Virus record (IMG/VR): IMGVR_UViG_3300031942_000002
From: an uncultured virus (IMG/VR IMGVR_UViG_3300031942_000002)
Lineage: Duplodnaviria; Heunggongvirae; Uroviricota; Caudoviricetes
Reading direction: 5' to 3' (one strand)
Length of the DNA: 64,000 nt
The notes under the pieces were generated by a model, which was given only the letters and a program-made list of their open reading frames with translations, was not told the DNA's origin and did no database searches. Shown piece by piece: positions 27,605 to 37,345 of the stretch. Each line of letters begins with the position of its first letter. Position 1 is the stretch's first letter. Made by a program: the position numbers and the translations under genes.

Positions 27605-28347
27605 CCATCTATGACAACCTCCTCAAACGGCTGGCCAATCAGGAGATTGTGCTGCCCATGCTGGAAAACCAGATGCGGGCCGCCGTACGCGACGGCGCCG
27701 ATCTGCACGGCGGGGTGTGGGAGGGTCGCGGGGATGGCTATTTTCACCCCTCCACGCACCCGCTGATGGGCGAACGCCAGCTGTACTACCTCTTCCACCC
27801 AGACACCCAGAAATTCGCCGTAGACGAGCCGTTCAGCCTGGAACGCGAGATGGCGGCGGGGGTGGGCACCAGCCTGCACGAGATACTGCAGCGGCATCTG
27901 GTGCGCACCGGTCTGGTGAAGCCGGAGAACGTCGAGAAGATGTTCACCATCGAGGAGCACCACGTGCGCGGCCGCATCGACGCGATCGTCGACCATCTCA
28001 CACGCGGTCCGATCGTGGTGGAGATCAAGAGCCGCACCCATTTCAAGTTTGCCAAGACCGAGCTGTTGCCGAAGTGGGAGGCGCAGCTGTCCATCCAGCT
28101 GGACAGCCAGGGGCTGGAAACCGGCATCATCCTGATGGTGGAGAGCGGCTATCCGTTTAGAATGCGCGAGATCCCGGTGGCCCGCAATGACGCGCTGCTC
28201 TCCGAGATCTACTCGAAGTTCGACCGGGTGCGTGAGGCTATCGCGCTCAATCGTGCGCCGATCTATTGTTGTGCACCCAACAGTCCTACGGTCACTACCT
28301 GCCCGGTACGGTTCGCGTGCTGGCTTCATCCGGACGGGCCCCGTTGA
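27601..28347 (+). CDS. Cas4-like PD-(D/E)XK exonuclease
   Basis: FHPS, GTSLH, GRIDAI, VEIKS, QL, C-terminal Cys cluster. Confidence 0.8.
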   Translation: MTIYDNLLKRLANQEIVLPMLENQMRAAVRDGADLHGGVWEGRGDGYFHPSTHPLMGERQLYYLFHPDTQKFAVDEPFSLEREMAAGVGTSLHEILQRHLVRTGLVKPENVEKMFTIEEHHVRGRIDAIVDHLTRGPIVVEIKSRTHFKFAKTELLPKWEAQLSIQLDSQGLETGIILMVESGYPFRMREIPVARNDALLSEIYSKFDRVREAIALNRAPIYCCAPNSPTVTTCPVRFACWLHPDGPR

Positions 28348-28805
28348 TGCTCTCGTTCTACGTCCCGGGTAAACCTCAATCTCAGGGGTCGAAGGTCAAG
28401 ACCCGCTGGGGGATGCGGGAAGACAACAAGGAGCTGGGCCCGTGGCGTGAACGTGTTGCGTTGGCGGCCTATCAAGAGGTGGAACCCATGGAGTTAATCG
28501 AGGGTCCACTCGCTGTTGGTCTAGAATTCGTGCTTTACCGACCCGGTAATACTGCCAAGACCAAGCCCACGCCTCCGGCTACCAAGAAGCCCGACATTGA
28601 TAAGCTCACCCGAGCATGTCTGGATGCACTGACGGGCGTGGTGTGGCGCGATGACGCTCAGGTGACCACTTTGCTCGTGCGTAAACGGGTGGCAGAAATT
28701 GGAGAACCCATGGGTGTACGAATCCACATCACACCCGATTTGACGTGCTATCTTGACGAGCAGGGGGCCACCGATGGGGCCGAGAGGCGGAAGGTTACAG
28801 GGTAG
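28347..28805 (+). CDS. rusA: RusA-family Holliday junction resolvase
   Basis: VPGKPQSQGS, KPDIDKL.RA.LDALT...WRDDAQV. Confidence 0.9.
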   Translation: MLSFYVPGKPQSQGSKVKTRWGMREDNKELGPWRERVALAAYQEVEPMELIEGPLAVGLEFVLYRPGNTAKTKPTPPATKKPDIDKLTRACLDALTGVVWRDDAQVTTLLVRKRVAEIGEPMGVRIHITPDLTCYLDEQGATDGAERRKVTG

Positions 28806-29497
28806 TGACCGAAGGATCGAACGGTCTTTCCCAGGCGGCTGTCGACGATCTGAACCAGCCGCTGGAAGACTTGCTCCCTGCCGCACCCACCGACGCCGAC
28901 GACCTGGAAGTCGAGCAGCGCAAGTCGATCTTCGAGAAGATTCGGTTCACCTGGCGCCCCGAAGATCAGGCCATCCTGGTGCGTACCCAGGCCGCTGTCG
29001 ATGAGGAGTTCGCCAACAACTTCCGCGACGCCATCGACATCTTCCAGCGCTTCTACGGCGCCATGCACATACCCGACACCAATCCGCACACCGGCATGGC
29101 GCTGGTCGACCGGCAGGGACGTCAGGTCTACAAGCGTGATGAGGATGGCCGCTTCCTAGAGGATTACAGCCAGCTCACCGGCCAGGACTTCGAGGAGGCC
29201 ATCCTCGGGTTGCAGCGGCTGCGCCTCGACGTCGCCCCGCGCATCAGCCAGCTGCTGCAGGATGCCGTCTACGGCAAGATGACCGCCGGGGACATGCACG
29301 ACGATGTCTACTGGGCCACCATCGACGGCACCATCAACGACCGCACCGCCCGGGCCAATCGCGACACCCGCACCGATCGCTATCATGCGTTCTTCCGGTA
29401 CTGCCTTTGGCAGACCTCGAAGGATTTCTATGACGAGATCGGCCGGTTCATGAGCTACCTGGAAAAGATCCGCACCTGGAAAAGTTTCGAGCGATAG
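28805..29497 (+). CDS. hypothetical protein
   Basis: Coupled long ORF, GC3 bias. Confidence 0.75.
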   Translation: MTEGSNGLSQAAVDDLNQPLEDLLPAAPTDADDLEVEQRKSIFEKIRFTWRPEDQAILVRTQAAVDEEFANNFRDAIDIFQRFYGAMHIPDTNPHTGMALVDRQGRQVYKRDEDGRFLEDYSQLTGQDFEEAILGLQRLRLDVAPRISQLLQDAVYGKMTAGDMHDDVYWATIDGTINDRTARANRDTRTDRYHAFFRYCLWQTSKDFYDEIGRFMSYLEKIRTWKSFER

Positions 29498-29506
29498 GGA
29501 CCAGAA

Positions 29507-29983
29507 ATGCGCCGCTTACCCGATGATCCCACCAAGCGCAGGCTACAGATATTCAAGCGGTGCTTTCAACATCTCGAACATTTCAAGGCTCTTATCGAAT
29601 CCGGCGAAATGGAAATGCCGGGCATCATCGTGGTCGTCGATACCGTCCTGGGGGTGGAGGAGATCTACCTGCCGGATCTGATGACCGGCATCCTGTCGTT
29701 GCCTGATCGCCAGCGGGAAGCCTTCGAGCTGATCTGCCTGCGCGGGTTCACCGAGGGCGCGGCCACCGACATCATGCTGCCGGAGAGCCAGTGGAGCACC
29801 CCCATACAGCAGTACGCCGACACCGCGTTGGCACGCATGGTCAAGGCCTATGACGAAAAGCAGGCCGGGACCTGGGTACCAAGGATCTACGTCAAGCGCT
29901 CGAAGTGCACCCCTGAGACGGCCGACACCGCCACCTCATTGCCCGCGTTCGAGGACGAACGGGAGCAGCTCATATCTGCCTGA
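29507..29983 (+). CDS. sigma-70 region-4-like transcription factor
   Basis: LPDRQREAFELICLRGFTE..A...M resembles sigma region 4 HTH; no region 2 recognised. Confidence 0.55.
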   Translation: MRRLPDDPTKRRLQIFKRCFQHLEHFKALIESGEMEMPGIIVVVDTVLGVEEIYLPDLMTGILSLPDRQREAFELICLRGFTEGAATDIMLPESQWSTPIQQYADTALARMVKAYDEKQAGTWVPRIYVKRSKCTPETADTATSLPAFEDEREQLISA

Positions 29984-29992
29984 GGAGCCCCA

Positions 29993-30298
29993 GTGTTTGC
30001 CGAGGATGGAAGGTTTGATACCGCCCCTCCACCCAACATCCTGCCGTTGCGCAGCGGAGTGGATTTCTCCGTCGAAGACGACGCCGAGAAGATTCTGGCC
30101 GCCGACCGGCGCCGCCTGCGTGAGCAGGGACGTGAAGTGGACTACCTCACCGCTGACCAGCTGGCACTACGATGGTCGCGTGAGCTTATCGGCCCCTACG
30201 GCGCACCGGACCGGGCTTTGTCGCATGGCATGTATCGCCGTGCCTACAATCCGTGGGCCGGGCAGCGGCCGGTCAAACTCAAGCAGGCCGACGAATGA
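29993..30298 (+). CDS. hypothetical protein
   Basis: GAGGAG RBS; coupled to next gene. Confidence 0.6.
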   Translation: MFAEDGRFDTAPPPNILPLRSGVDFSVEDDAEKILAADRRRLREQGREVDYLTADQLALRWSRELIGPYGAPDRALSHGMYRRAYNPWAGQRPVKLKQADE

Positions 30299-31035
30299 CT
30301 GAGCTGGCCACCGATTACGACATCGACGCGGCCGTCGCTGCGGAGATGGCGCGGTTGCGCGAAGAGGGCAAGCTCAAGCTGGAAGTCAAGATTGAGCCCC
30401 GGTGCCGGGTGTGTCAGGATCCCTCGACGCGGATCCTGGTCAACAACCTGCTGGCCCGTATGCACAGCTATCGCGACGTCCATCAGATTCTCGGCACCTC
30501 AATCAACCCGGCGCGCAAAAAGCAGGGCCGTGGCCCCATCACCCAGCGCATCATCAAGCACCACGCGGAGCAACATTTCGCGCTCGACAATCCGTCGTGG
30601 GCGATCTACCGCAGCATCGGGCTCAAACGTGAGATGCAGTTCGGCCGCGACTACGAGAACGGCATTGGGGAGACGGTCACGCATTTGGCCTTCCTGGAAA
30701 CCGTCATGCAGCGGGCCCATGAGCACTTGATCCAACCCACCACGGTGGTCACGGTGGGTGAAGGCATGACGGCGGCGGCGCGGCTGGCCGAGATCGAGCG
30801 CCGGTCCACCGGCGAGATGCAACACGCTGAGATGATGGCCGAGGTGCACCGCATCATCAGCGCGGTCAAAGAGGTGGTGCCCCCACAGATGTGGGACGCG
30901 ATCAGCGCCAAGGTCAACAGCGATCAGCCGATAGCCGTGCCCGCGCTGACCGCGCGGGTCGAGGAAGTCATCGACGACGTGTTCGACCCGGGGACCGAGG
31001 CCGACTTCGACGACGACGACGAGTTCGATGGCTAG
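30295..31035 (+). CDS. hypothetical protein with CxxC...HxxxH and acidic tail
   Basis: CRVC...HHAEQHF; DFDDDDEFDG C-terminus. Confidence 0.7.
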   Translation: MTELATDYDIDAAVAAEMARLREEGKLKLEVKIEPRCRVCQDPSTRILVNNLLARMHSYRDVHQILGTSINPARKKQGRGPITQRIIKHHAEQHFALDNPSWAIYRSIGLKREMQFGRDYENGIGETVTHLAFLETVMQRAHEHLIQPTTVVTVGEGMTAAARLAEIERRSTGEMQHAEMMAEVHRIISAVKEVVPPQMWDAISAKVNSDQPIAVPALTARVEEVIDDVFDPGTEADFDDDDEFDG

Positions 31036-32152
31036 CAACCCGGCGGCACAGGTGCTGTCCAGCGCCGTGGATCTGCTGGGCGCCTCCATCGTCACCGCCA
31101 CCCGCAACGCGACCAGCTCCCGGCTGGGCGCCTTCTACGACAACACCACGATCGCGGCCGGGGCGCCGGTACACATTCACCAGATCAGCTCCACCCAGAT
31201 GCTGGCCGCATTCTCCCGGCGCTGGACGACGGCTACCCCGTCAACCAGCAATCCCGGTTTTTTCAGCGACTACACCGAGCACACCACACCCAGCTGGTTC
31301 ATTCTGGGCCCCAGCGGCGCGCGCACGCTGATCGACAACACGCCGGTCATCCCGATCGTCACGCCGGTGGACTCCGCTGTGCTCAACGCCGGGACCAGCG
31401 TGGGCACCCCGTACCTCTATCTGCTGCACAGTGTCACGCAGGGCGCCCAGACCAGCGGCCTGCTGCAGCATTTCCGCGTGGCCACCGGCGGGCGGCTGGT
31501 GCCGGTGGCCGAGGAGGTTATCCCCAACCTTTCTGCACAGGGTGTGAGTTTCGACAAGGGGATTTCGACCGCCCGGGGATACCTGACGGTGTACGGCACC
31601 GACTCAGACGGCCACGTGTTCACCGCCCGCAAGCGATGGAGCGCGGTGGGCGTCAACTCGTTTACTTCGGCCCGCAACCCCGCTGGTGGTGGCAGTCTGG
31701 CGTGGCAGTTCGGCACCGGCAGCGGCTGGGATCCCAATCCGGTCAACGCCGCACCCGAGCCTGGGCTGCGTAGCGACGGCCCGCTGTCCGCCGCTGGCTG
31801 GCGCAAGACCCTCTACTTGTCCACCGTGCAGGCCGCCTCGGGCGGCAACATGAACGCGCAGATCTTCACCCAGCTGCGCACCCGCTCGTGGGTGCCGTTA
31901 GGTACTCCGATCCAGGGCTGGGACCCCGGTGCGGTGACAGCTGCCAAGGTGCCGCTGGGCTCGACGGCCGACGGCTCCTATCTGGGTGGCACCCTACAGC
32001 TGCAGCCCAGCCTGGGTGTGCCTCCCACGATCATTAACACCCCGGCCTCCGAGACGGCATTCCCGTATCTCACCACGACCAAAGTGGTGACCGGCGTTGA
32101 ACACTCTTTGCAGGTGGCATGGAACGCATTGCAAATACCCCGCCAGATCTGA
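31028..32152 (+). CDS. hypothetical protein, beta-rich, possibly virion-associated
   Basis: 374 aa, Thr/Ser/Gly-rich, few charges. Confidence 0.6.
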   Translation: MASNPAAQVLSSAVDLLGASIVTATRNATSSRLGAFYDNTTIAAGAPVHIHQISSTQMLAAFSRRWTTATPSTSNPGFFSDYTEHTTPSWFILGPSGARTLIDNTPVIPIVTPVDSAVLNAGTSVGTPYLYLLHSVTQGAQTSGLLQHFRVATGGRLVPVAEEVIPNLSAQGVSFDKGISTARGYLTVYGTDSDGHVFTARKRWSAVGVNSFTSARNPAGGGSLAWQFGTGSGWDPNPVNAAPEPGLRSDGPLSAAGWRKTLYLSTVQAASGGNMNAQIFTQLRTRSWVPLGTPIQGWDPGAVTAAKVPLGSTADGSYLGGTLQLQPSLGVPPTIINTPASETAFPYLTTTKVVTGVEHSLQVAWNALQIPRQI

Positions 32153-32323
32153 GTTGTCACTGCAGGCGCACCGACGGCTGGCATTACCGGCCGTGCCGCT
32201 TCCTGTTGCTGGCTGTGGCCTGCGAGCACCGCGTCGACCCGGCTGAAGGTGTGTCCATTTACCGGCCGAGGACTATAGTGAAATCTTCGCCCAACTTTCC
32301 CCCAACGCTTCGAGGAGACACAC

Positions 32324-33328
32324 ATGAAGGTGGCCGAATTAGCGGAGAGCCTGGCCAAACGTCAAGAGACACGCCGGATCGTACGGCTGGGCGATCTGGC
32401 CATCGCGGACGACTGTTCGACGATCACGATTAACGACGGGCAGTTCGCGCTTGACGAGCAGGCGCTCAACATTCTGGCCCGTTATCTCAAGCTGCCGGTG
32501 CAGTATCTTCGGGACTGCCCGCCCGATTTTCGCGCCGAGACACTGAAATTCTGGCGGGACCAAAAAGCCCGGGCCGACGTGGTGTTGGAGTCCGTCGACA
32601 ATGGCATCGTGAGCATGTTCAGCCCCGGCCTGATGATGATCCCGGTGGCACGCGTTGGCAAGCTGGTGGAAACCGTGTTCAAGCCTGAGGACGAGATCCG
32701 CCAGCTCACCCGCGAGGAGAAACGCTTCCACCTCGACGTCACCACCGCCGACCATAAGGTGGACGTCCCCAACCCAAAGGGGATCCTCGGTCGACCCGAG
32801 GTGGGGGACATCACCGAGGGCGGTATCCGCTTTCTGGCCTATCCCGATCGGGTCAAGGCCCCCAGCGTGTCGCGCTACTTCCACCGGCTGGTGTGCACCA
32901 ACGGGATGACCACCTCGGAGAGCGACGGGAAGATCACCATCACCGGGATGACCATGCCCGAGGTGTTGGCCTCCATGGAGATCGCCGCCGAGGAGCTGCT
33001 TTCCACCATGGACGAGCATCTGGATCGCTACAAGCAGACGGCTGACATCCCGGTCCCCGGGCATCCGGTGAGTTTCGCCGAGCAGCTGGCCCACGAATAC
33101 CGGCTCTCCTCCGCTCTCACGCATGCCGTCATCGAGCAGGTGCGCCAGCTTCCCGAGGATGGCACCACCGTCTACGACGTCACCCAGGCGGTGACCTTGG
33201 TGGCCAACCAGGTCCACGCCTACGACACACGCAGCCGCCTGCAGTCGTTGGGTGGCCGCTTGGCCTGGGACACCGCGCGGATGATCGAGAGGTGCGCCAA
33301 GTGCGAACGCCTCCTGGTCGAGGCCTGA
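32324..33328 (+). CDS. DUF932-like protein
   Basis: RLVCTNGM motif, TVYDVTQAVT; GGAGACACAC RBS; terminal CxxC. Confidence 0.65.
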   Translation: MKVAELAESLAKRQETRRIVRLGDLAIADDCSTITINDGQFALDEQALNILARYLKLPVQYLRDCPPDFRAETLKFWRDQKARADVVLESVDNGIVSMFSPGLMMIPVARVGKLVETVFKPEDEIRQLTREEKRFHLDVTTADHKVDVPNPKGILGRPEVGDITEGGIRFLAYPDRVKAPSVSRYFHRLVCTNGMTTSESDGKITITGMTMPEVLASMEIAAEELLSTMDEHLDRYKQTADIPVPGHPVSFAEQLAHEYRLSSALTHAVIEQVRQLPEDGTTVYDVTQAVTLVANQVHAYDTRSRLQSLGGRLAWDTARMIERCAKCERLLVEA

Positions 33329-33611
33329 CCGAGCACGGCCCCACGTTCTTCCCGACGTTGAGCCTGTGGTGGGCGCTGTGGCTGCGCACGCCGTTCTGTC
33401 AGCATGTCGAGAAAACCACCGGCGTCAGCCTGAAACCCAGTCTGGAAGGTTCCACGGTGGGATTGTTCTGGTAACCTCACAGGTGTTAAGCGAGGTGCCG
33501 CGAGAGGGAAAATGCTTCTTTGAGAACGACGGCTTAGCGGGCAATAACAAGTCCAGGAAGATGTGCGATCACACGGATGCCTGGTCGGCACCACAGTCCC
33601 GCTTCGTCCAC

Positions 33612-34037
33612 TCAGCGTGAGCCATTGAGTAGGACTTCGGCGTCATGGGCCGAGCCCACCCGGTAGCGTCCACGGCTGACCAACCACACCATATCGCGCT
33701 CGATCAGCCTGTTGATGCGCCAGGTTGCACCGGCGTTGGTGAGGTCGAACGCCCCCGCGATTTCTCGGGCGGTGATTCCCTCCGGCCGGTCCGCAGCCGC
33801 CATCCAGGCCCAAGTCTCATCGAGGGGCTTGGAGATCGGACGCTCGGGGCGCGGCGGCGCCAGTTTCCGGCGGCGACGCTTCTTCGGTGCAGGCTTGGCC
33901 ACCCGCTTGGATTCGATCGCCTTGGGCGCGGGGACCGCGTGGCCGCTCAGCAGCTCGCGCACGAAGGAGGCCGCGCTGCTGTTGTCTTCGATCTCGGCGG
34001 TGATGAGTCCGGTCGCGGGGTTGATCTCGATCTTCAT
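33612..34037 (-). CDS. winged-helix DNA-binding protein
   Basis: GITAREIAGAFDLT...ATWRINRLIERDMV...RGRY. Confidence 0.65.
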   Translation of the reverse strand: MKIEINPATGLITAEIEDNSSAASFVRELLSGHAVPAPKAIESKRVAKPAPKKRRRRKLAPPRPERPISKPLDETWAWMAAADRPEGITAREIAGAFDLTNAGATWRINRLIERDMVWLVSRGRYRVGSAHDAEVLLNGSR

Positions 34038-34408
34038 GGCTTTTTCCTGGGTGTGGTCTTGCGGGCTTCGGCGCGGTCTTCGGTGCTGGGTTTCTCCACC
34101 CCACCGCGTATCGCGGTGGACAGCGCCCTGATCTGGGCGCGATCCTCGGCCGTGAGTCGATAGCCGGGACCGCCGTCGATGGTGTAGTTGGGCGCGTACT
34201 CGTAGCTGGTGCCCAGCAGCTGGTAGGCCTTGGTCAGCTTCTGGGTCTTGTGCCCGCCGCAGAACAGGCAGCGGAAACTACGCCAGATCTCCCAGCGTTC
34301 GACACGTCGGTTGAAGTGTTCGCGTGAGACGAGGCTGTCCGGATCCCAGCTGTGCTTCATGTCTCGGCACCAGAGGTATTCGGGGGGAATGAGGTCGGCA
34401 ATGGACAT
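34034..34408 (-). CDS. small Cys/His protein
   Basis: CRDMKHSW...CLFCG; start at ATG 34408 downstream of minus-strand promoter motif. Confidence 0.6.
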   Translation of the reverse strand: MSIADLIPPEYLWCRDMKHSWDPDSLVSREHFNRRVERWEIWRSFRCLFCGGHKTQKLTKAYQLLGTSYEYAPNYTIDGGPGYRLTAEDRAQIRALSTAIRGGVEKPSTEDRAEARKTTPRKKP

Positions 34409-34453
34409 CAGGGGGCCTTGGTCATGGTTATGTGTCTCTTCCAATCTTGCTCT

Positions 34454-34472
34454 AATGTACCTACAGAGTATA
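34454..34472 (-). promoter_or_regulatory. minus-strand copy of promoter/operator motif
   Basis: TATACT-CTGTA-GGTACATT on minus strand, upstream of GAGACACAT and the leftward operon. Confidence 0.6.
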
Positions 34473-34525
34473 ACGTCGTTTTTGGGGCCGTCACACCGCA
34501 CATCTTCAGCTGTTACTGTTGGCCT

Positions 34526-34560
34526 AGGCGTCCGAGTACTGTGTGTCTCCTCGGACGCCT
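34526..34560. repeat. perfect 11-bp hairpin with GAGACACAC complement in the loop
   Basis: AGGCGTCCGAG-TACTGTGTGTCTC-CTCGGACGCCT. Confidence 0.85.
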
Positions 34561-34583
34561 CTTTAATGCCCAAGGAGTCCCAA

Positions 34584-34760
34584 ATGGCCGACACTTACAC
34601 CACCTTGCAGCTCGTAGTCCCGTGCAAATTGGACGAGGCCACCGCGTGGTGGGAAGAAGTTAGGCAGGTGATGGGGGAGGACACGCCCGCCGACGTCAGT
34701 GTGGAGAAGGGCTCCGACGGCAAGGGTCGCATCATTGTGGCGTTGCACGCCGAGACTTAA
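34584..34760 (+). CDS. small hypothetical protein (58 aa)
   Basis: AAGGAG RBS then ATG. Confidence 0.6.
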   Translation: MADTYTTLQLVVPCKLDEATAWWEEVRQVMGEDTPADVSVEKGSDGKGRIIVALHAET

Positions 34761-34795
34761 CCCAGAAAGCCCCCCGCCGCGTTAGGGTTGGGTAC

Positions 34796-35236
34796 GTGAC
34801 ACGACCCGAGTCTGTCCGCCGGTTGGGTAGCGAACCCAATCCCGCGCCGGATCCCCTGCCAGATACGGAACCATATCCTTCCGAAATCCCGAAGATCCGC
34901 CGCGCATTCCGCGACCTGCGGGCCCGCTTCGAGAACACTCGCTTCGACGATCGCACCATGGACGAGTTCCACGGCGCCGCTGTCGATTTGTTCGGTGAGG
35001 CGGGCTTTCTGGTGAGCGTCACCTGGGACGAGGCCCGCAACCTCGATGGCAGCTCCACCAACATGTACCTGCCCACCGTGACCATCTGCGCGCGCACCGA
35101 TCCCGAAAGCGAAACCGACCACGATAGATACCGCCATGAGGTGGTGACCGGCCAGGCCGACGGCATCGCCGGTTACGTGCGCCCGGGCAGTGGTGGCCAG
35201 CTCTACGAAGACCCGATTCGCAAAGTGATCACATGA
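34796..35236 (+). CDS. hypothetical protein
   Basis: TAGGGT 7 nt upstream of GTG, possibly leaderless. Confidence 0.65.
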   Translation: MTRPESVRRLGSEPNPAPDPLPDTEPYPSEIPKIRRAFRDLRARFENTRFDDRTMDEFHGAAVDLFGEAGFLVSVTWDEARNLDGSSTNMYLPTVTICARTDPESETDHDRYRHEVVTGQADGIAGYVRPGSGGQLYEDPIRKVIT

Positions 35237-35376
35237 AGTTCCTGGTCGGCTGGGCCGTCGGGGGCACCGAGGAGATCGAAGCGGAAAGCCCCGAGGAAGC
35301 CAAAGAGATCATGGGCGAGCAGCTGCCGCGCCGCGACTGTGAATGGACCGAGATCACCATCGAGGAGCCTACGTGA
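35233..35376 (+). CDS. small acidic protein (47 aa, not in ORF track)
   Basis: ATGA and GTGA coupling; IEAESPEEA. Confidence 0.6.
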   Translation: MKFLVGWAVGGTEEIEAESPEEAKEIMGEQLPRRDCEWTEITIEEPT

Positions 35377-36110
35377 CCGTGCACGTCGTACGTCTCGATG
35401 TCGTCGACCCCAACCGCGCACATGGCCTCGGCCGCCACGTTGAACACGATTCGCGATCCCTGCTCTATGCCTTCGCCCCCACCGCACCGCTGCCCACCCA
35501 CCCGGTGGAGTGGGCGATGGACGCCCCGGCGCTCAACCAGATGAACTACAACGGCTGCGTCGGCAATGGTTTCGCGCAGTTCCTCAACACCAGTTATGCC
35601 GCCCCGCTGCGCCAGCGGTTGCACAAGGAGTGGTTCACCGAGGGCGATGCGCTAAACATCTACGGGCTGGCCACCCATCTGGACGGGCTGCACGATTCGT
35701 CCACCGGGTTCTTCCCGCCCGATGACGACGGCAGCTCGGGCCTGGGCGGGGTGAAGGCCTGTCAGCAGCTGGGCTACGTCCGCAACTACCAGCACACCTT
35801 CAGCTTCCAGATGCTGCTGCATGCCCTGGCCACCCAGCCGGTGGTGGTCGGCACCGCTTGGACCAATGACATGGAGAACGCCGACCCGGTCACCGGCCTG
35901 GTCATCGTGGGCAGTCTGGACGACTCCAACATCGCCGGTGGCCACGAATATCTGGCGCTGGGCTTCAACCCGGTCACCAAGCTGCTCAAATTCCGCAACA
36001 GCTGGGGTTCCAGCTGGGGCCAGAACGGCTCGTTTTATGTCACGTTCAGTGACTACCAGCGCCTCATCGCGGCTCAGGGGGATGTGGTGGTGCCGCAGAT
36101 TGCCGCATGA
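35373..36110 (+). CDS. papain-like (C1) cysteine peptidase
   Basis: LNQ....GCVG, GGHEY, FRNSWGSSWGQNG. Confidence 0.85.
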   Translation: MTVHVVRLDVVDPNRAHGLGRHVEHDSRSLLYAFAPTAPLPTHPVEWAMDAPALNQMNYNGCVGNGFAQFLNTSYAAPLRQRLHKEWFTEGDALNIYGLATHLDGLHDSSTGFFPPDDDGSSGLGGVKACQQLGYVRNYQHTFSFQMLLHALATQPVVVGTAWTNDMENADPVTGLVIVGSLDDSNIAGGHEYLALGFNPVTKLLKFRNSWGSSWGQNGSFYVTFSDYQRLIAAQGDVVVPQIAA

Positions 36111-36571
36111 CCCTGCTGTGGACCCCGCATTCACCGACCTCGCTGTTGGCCCAGCAGATGCGCCGCGACATCAGGGCCCACCGGCGTGAAGGCCCCGATG
36201 GGCATTTCTTCGTCTACAAGCACCTCGACCAGCTGTGGGCGGCAGACTGTCATGCCCTGCTCACCCACACCGATGATCCGGTGTGGCAACATTGGGCCCG
36301 CCACCGCGAGCACGGCTGGATCCCGGTCGGTGCCTATCCCGAGCGGGAGATGGCAGTGGCGTCCGCCGAGGCGCATGAATGGGAGTGCGAGCCTCCCCCG
36401 CCCACCCCGATACCCGGCGTCTATGTGCTGGCCGGGTGGCCGGTCACCGAGGGTGAGGTCGCCTACACGATCCGCACCCACTGCGAGTCCAAGAACAGCG
36501 CGATCGCGGTGGCCGAGACGCTGCGCGCGATCGGGATGGTGACCAAGCATGAGGAGATCAGCAGCGAGTGA
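36107..36571 (+). CDS. hypothetical protein
   Basis: ATGA coupling. Confidence 0.55.
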   Translation: MTLLWTPHSPTSLLAQQMRRDIRAHRREGPDGHFFVYKHLDQLWAADCHALLTHTDDPVWQHWARHREHGWIPVGAYPEREMAVASAEAHEWECEPPPPTPIPGVYVLAGWPVTEGEVAYTIRTHCESKNSAIAVAETLRAIGMVTKHEEISSE

Positions 36572-36715
36572 GCAGCTATGCCGATAAACACCAGCCAGGT
36601 GCACTATGCTCAGATACGCGCTGCTCAGAGCCAGGGGACGCGTTACGCACGTTTCATGGTCGGCTGGATTGGTACTGCGCCTTCCACGCCGCCCTGATCG
36701 ATAAGGCACAGGGGA

Positions 36716-37345
36716 ATGGCGACACTGGACGAGCTGGGGCTGCAACACGGGACCGACAAGAGCAGTTCCGAGCATAATTACACCTGGATCTACGACCGGC
36801 TGTTCACCCCGTGGCGCGACCAGCCCATCTCCCTGTTGGAGCTGGGCATCTGGAAGGGCGCCAGCCTGGCCATGTGGGACGAGTACTTCACCCACCCCGG
36901 CGCCCAAATCCACGGCATTGATCGCGCCATCACCTATGACAGCCTGCGCTTCAGTGACCGGGTGTGTACCCATGTCTGCGACCAGGCCGAGATCCCCCCA
37001 GGCCTGCAGGACGCCACCTTCGACGTCATCATCGACGACGCCAGCCACCTCAGTTCGAAGACCATCACCAGCTTCATCAACTGGTGGTCGAGGCTCAAGA
37101 TGCACGGTTTCTACATCGTCGAAGACCTGATGACCAGCTACTACGCTGACAACCCCGTCGAGGCCGATCCCAACCCCGAGGCCCAGGTGCCCAACGTCTA
37201 CGGACGCACCGCCATGCAGTGGTTCAAGCGGATGGCTGATCAGGTCAATGCGTGGATGATCCCCCAGGACTACTCGGTGGGTGCCTACGACGACATCGCG
37301 GCGGTATCCTTCCACCCCAACATGGTGATCGTGACCAAAGGATGA
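36716..37345 (+). CDS. class I SAM-dependent O-methyltransferase-like
   Basis: GTDK...HNY..IY, LLELGI..GASL, GID, DQ, FDVIIDDASH, GFYIVEDL. Confidence 0.85.
   Translation: MATLDELGLQHGTDKSSSEHNYTWIYDRLFTPWRDQPISLLELGIWKGASLAMWDEYFTHPGAQIHGIDRAITYDSLRFSDRVCTHVCDQAEIPPGLQDATFDVIIDDASHLSSKTITSFINWWSRLKMHGFYIVEDLMTSYYADNPVEADPNPEAQVPNVYGRTAMQWFKRMADQVNAWMIPQDYSVGAYDDIAAVSFHPNMVIVTKG

Noticed and set aside
27601..28347. CRISPR-Cas locus
   Set aside because: Solo Cas4-like gene; no repeat-spacer array or other cas genes in the window
4774..33474. Possible CTG starts overlapping upstream TGA stops (4774, 32149, 33325)
   Set aside because: CTGA is expected often by chance; a canonical GTG exists for 4786 and the other ORFs lack support
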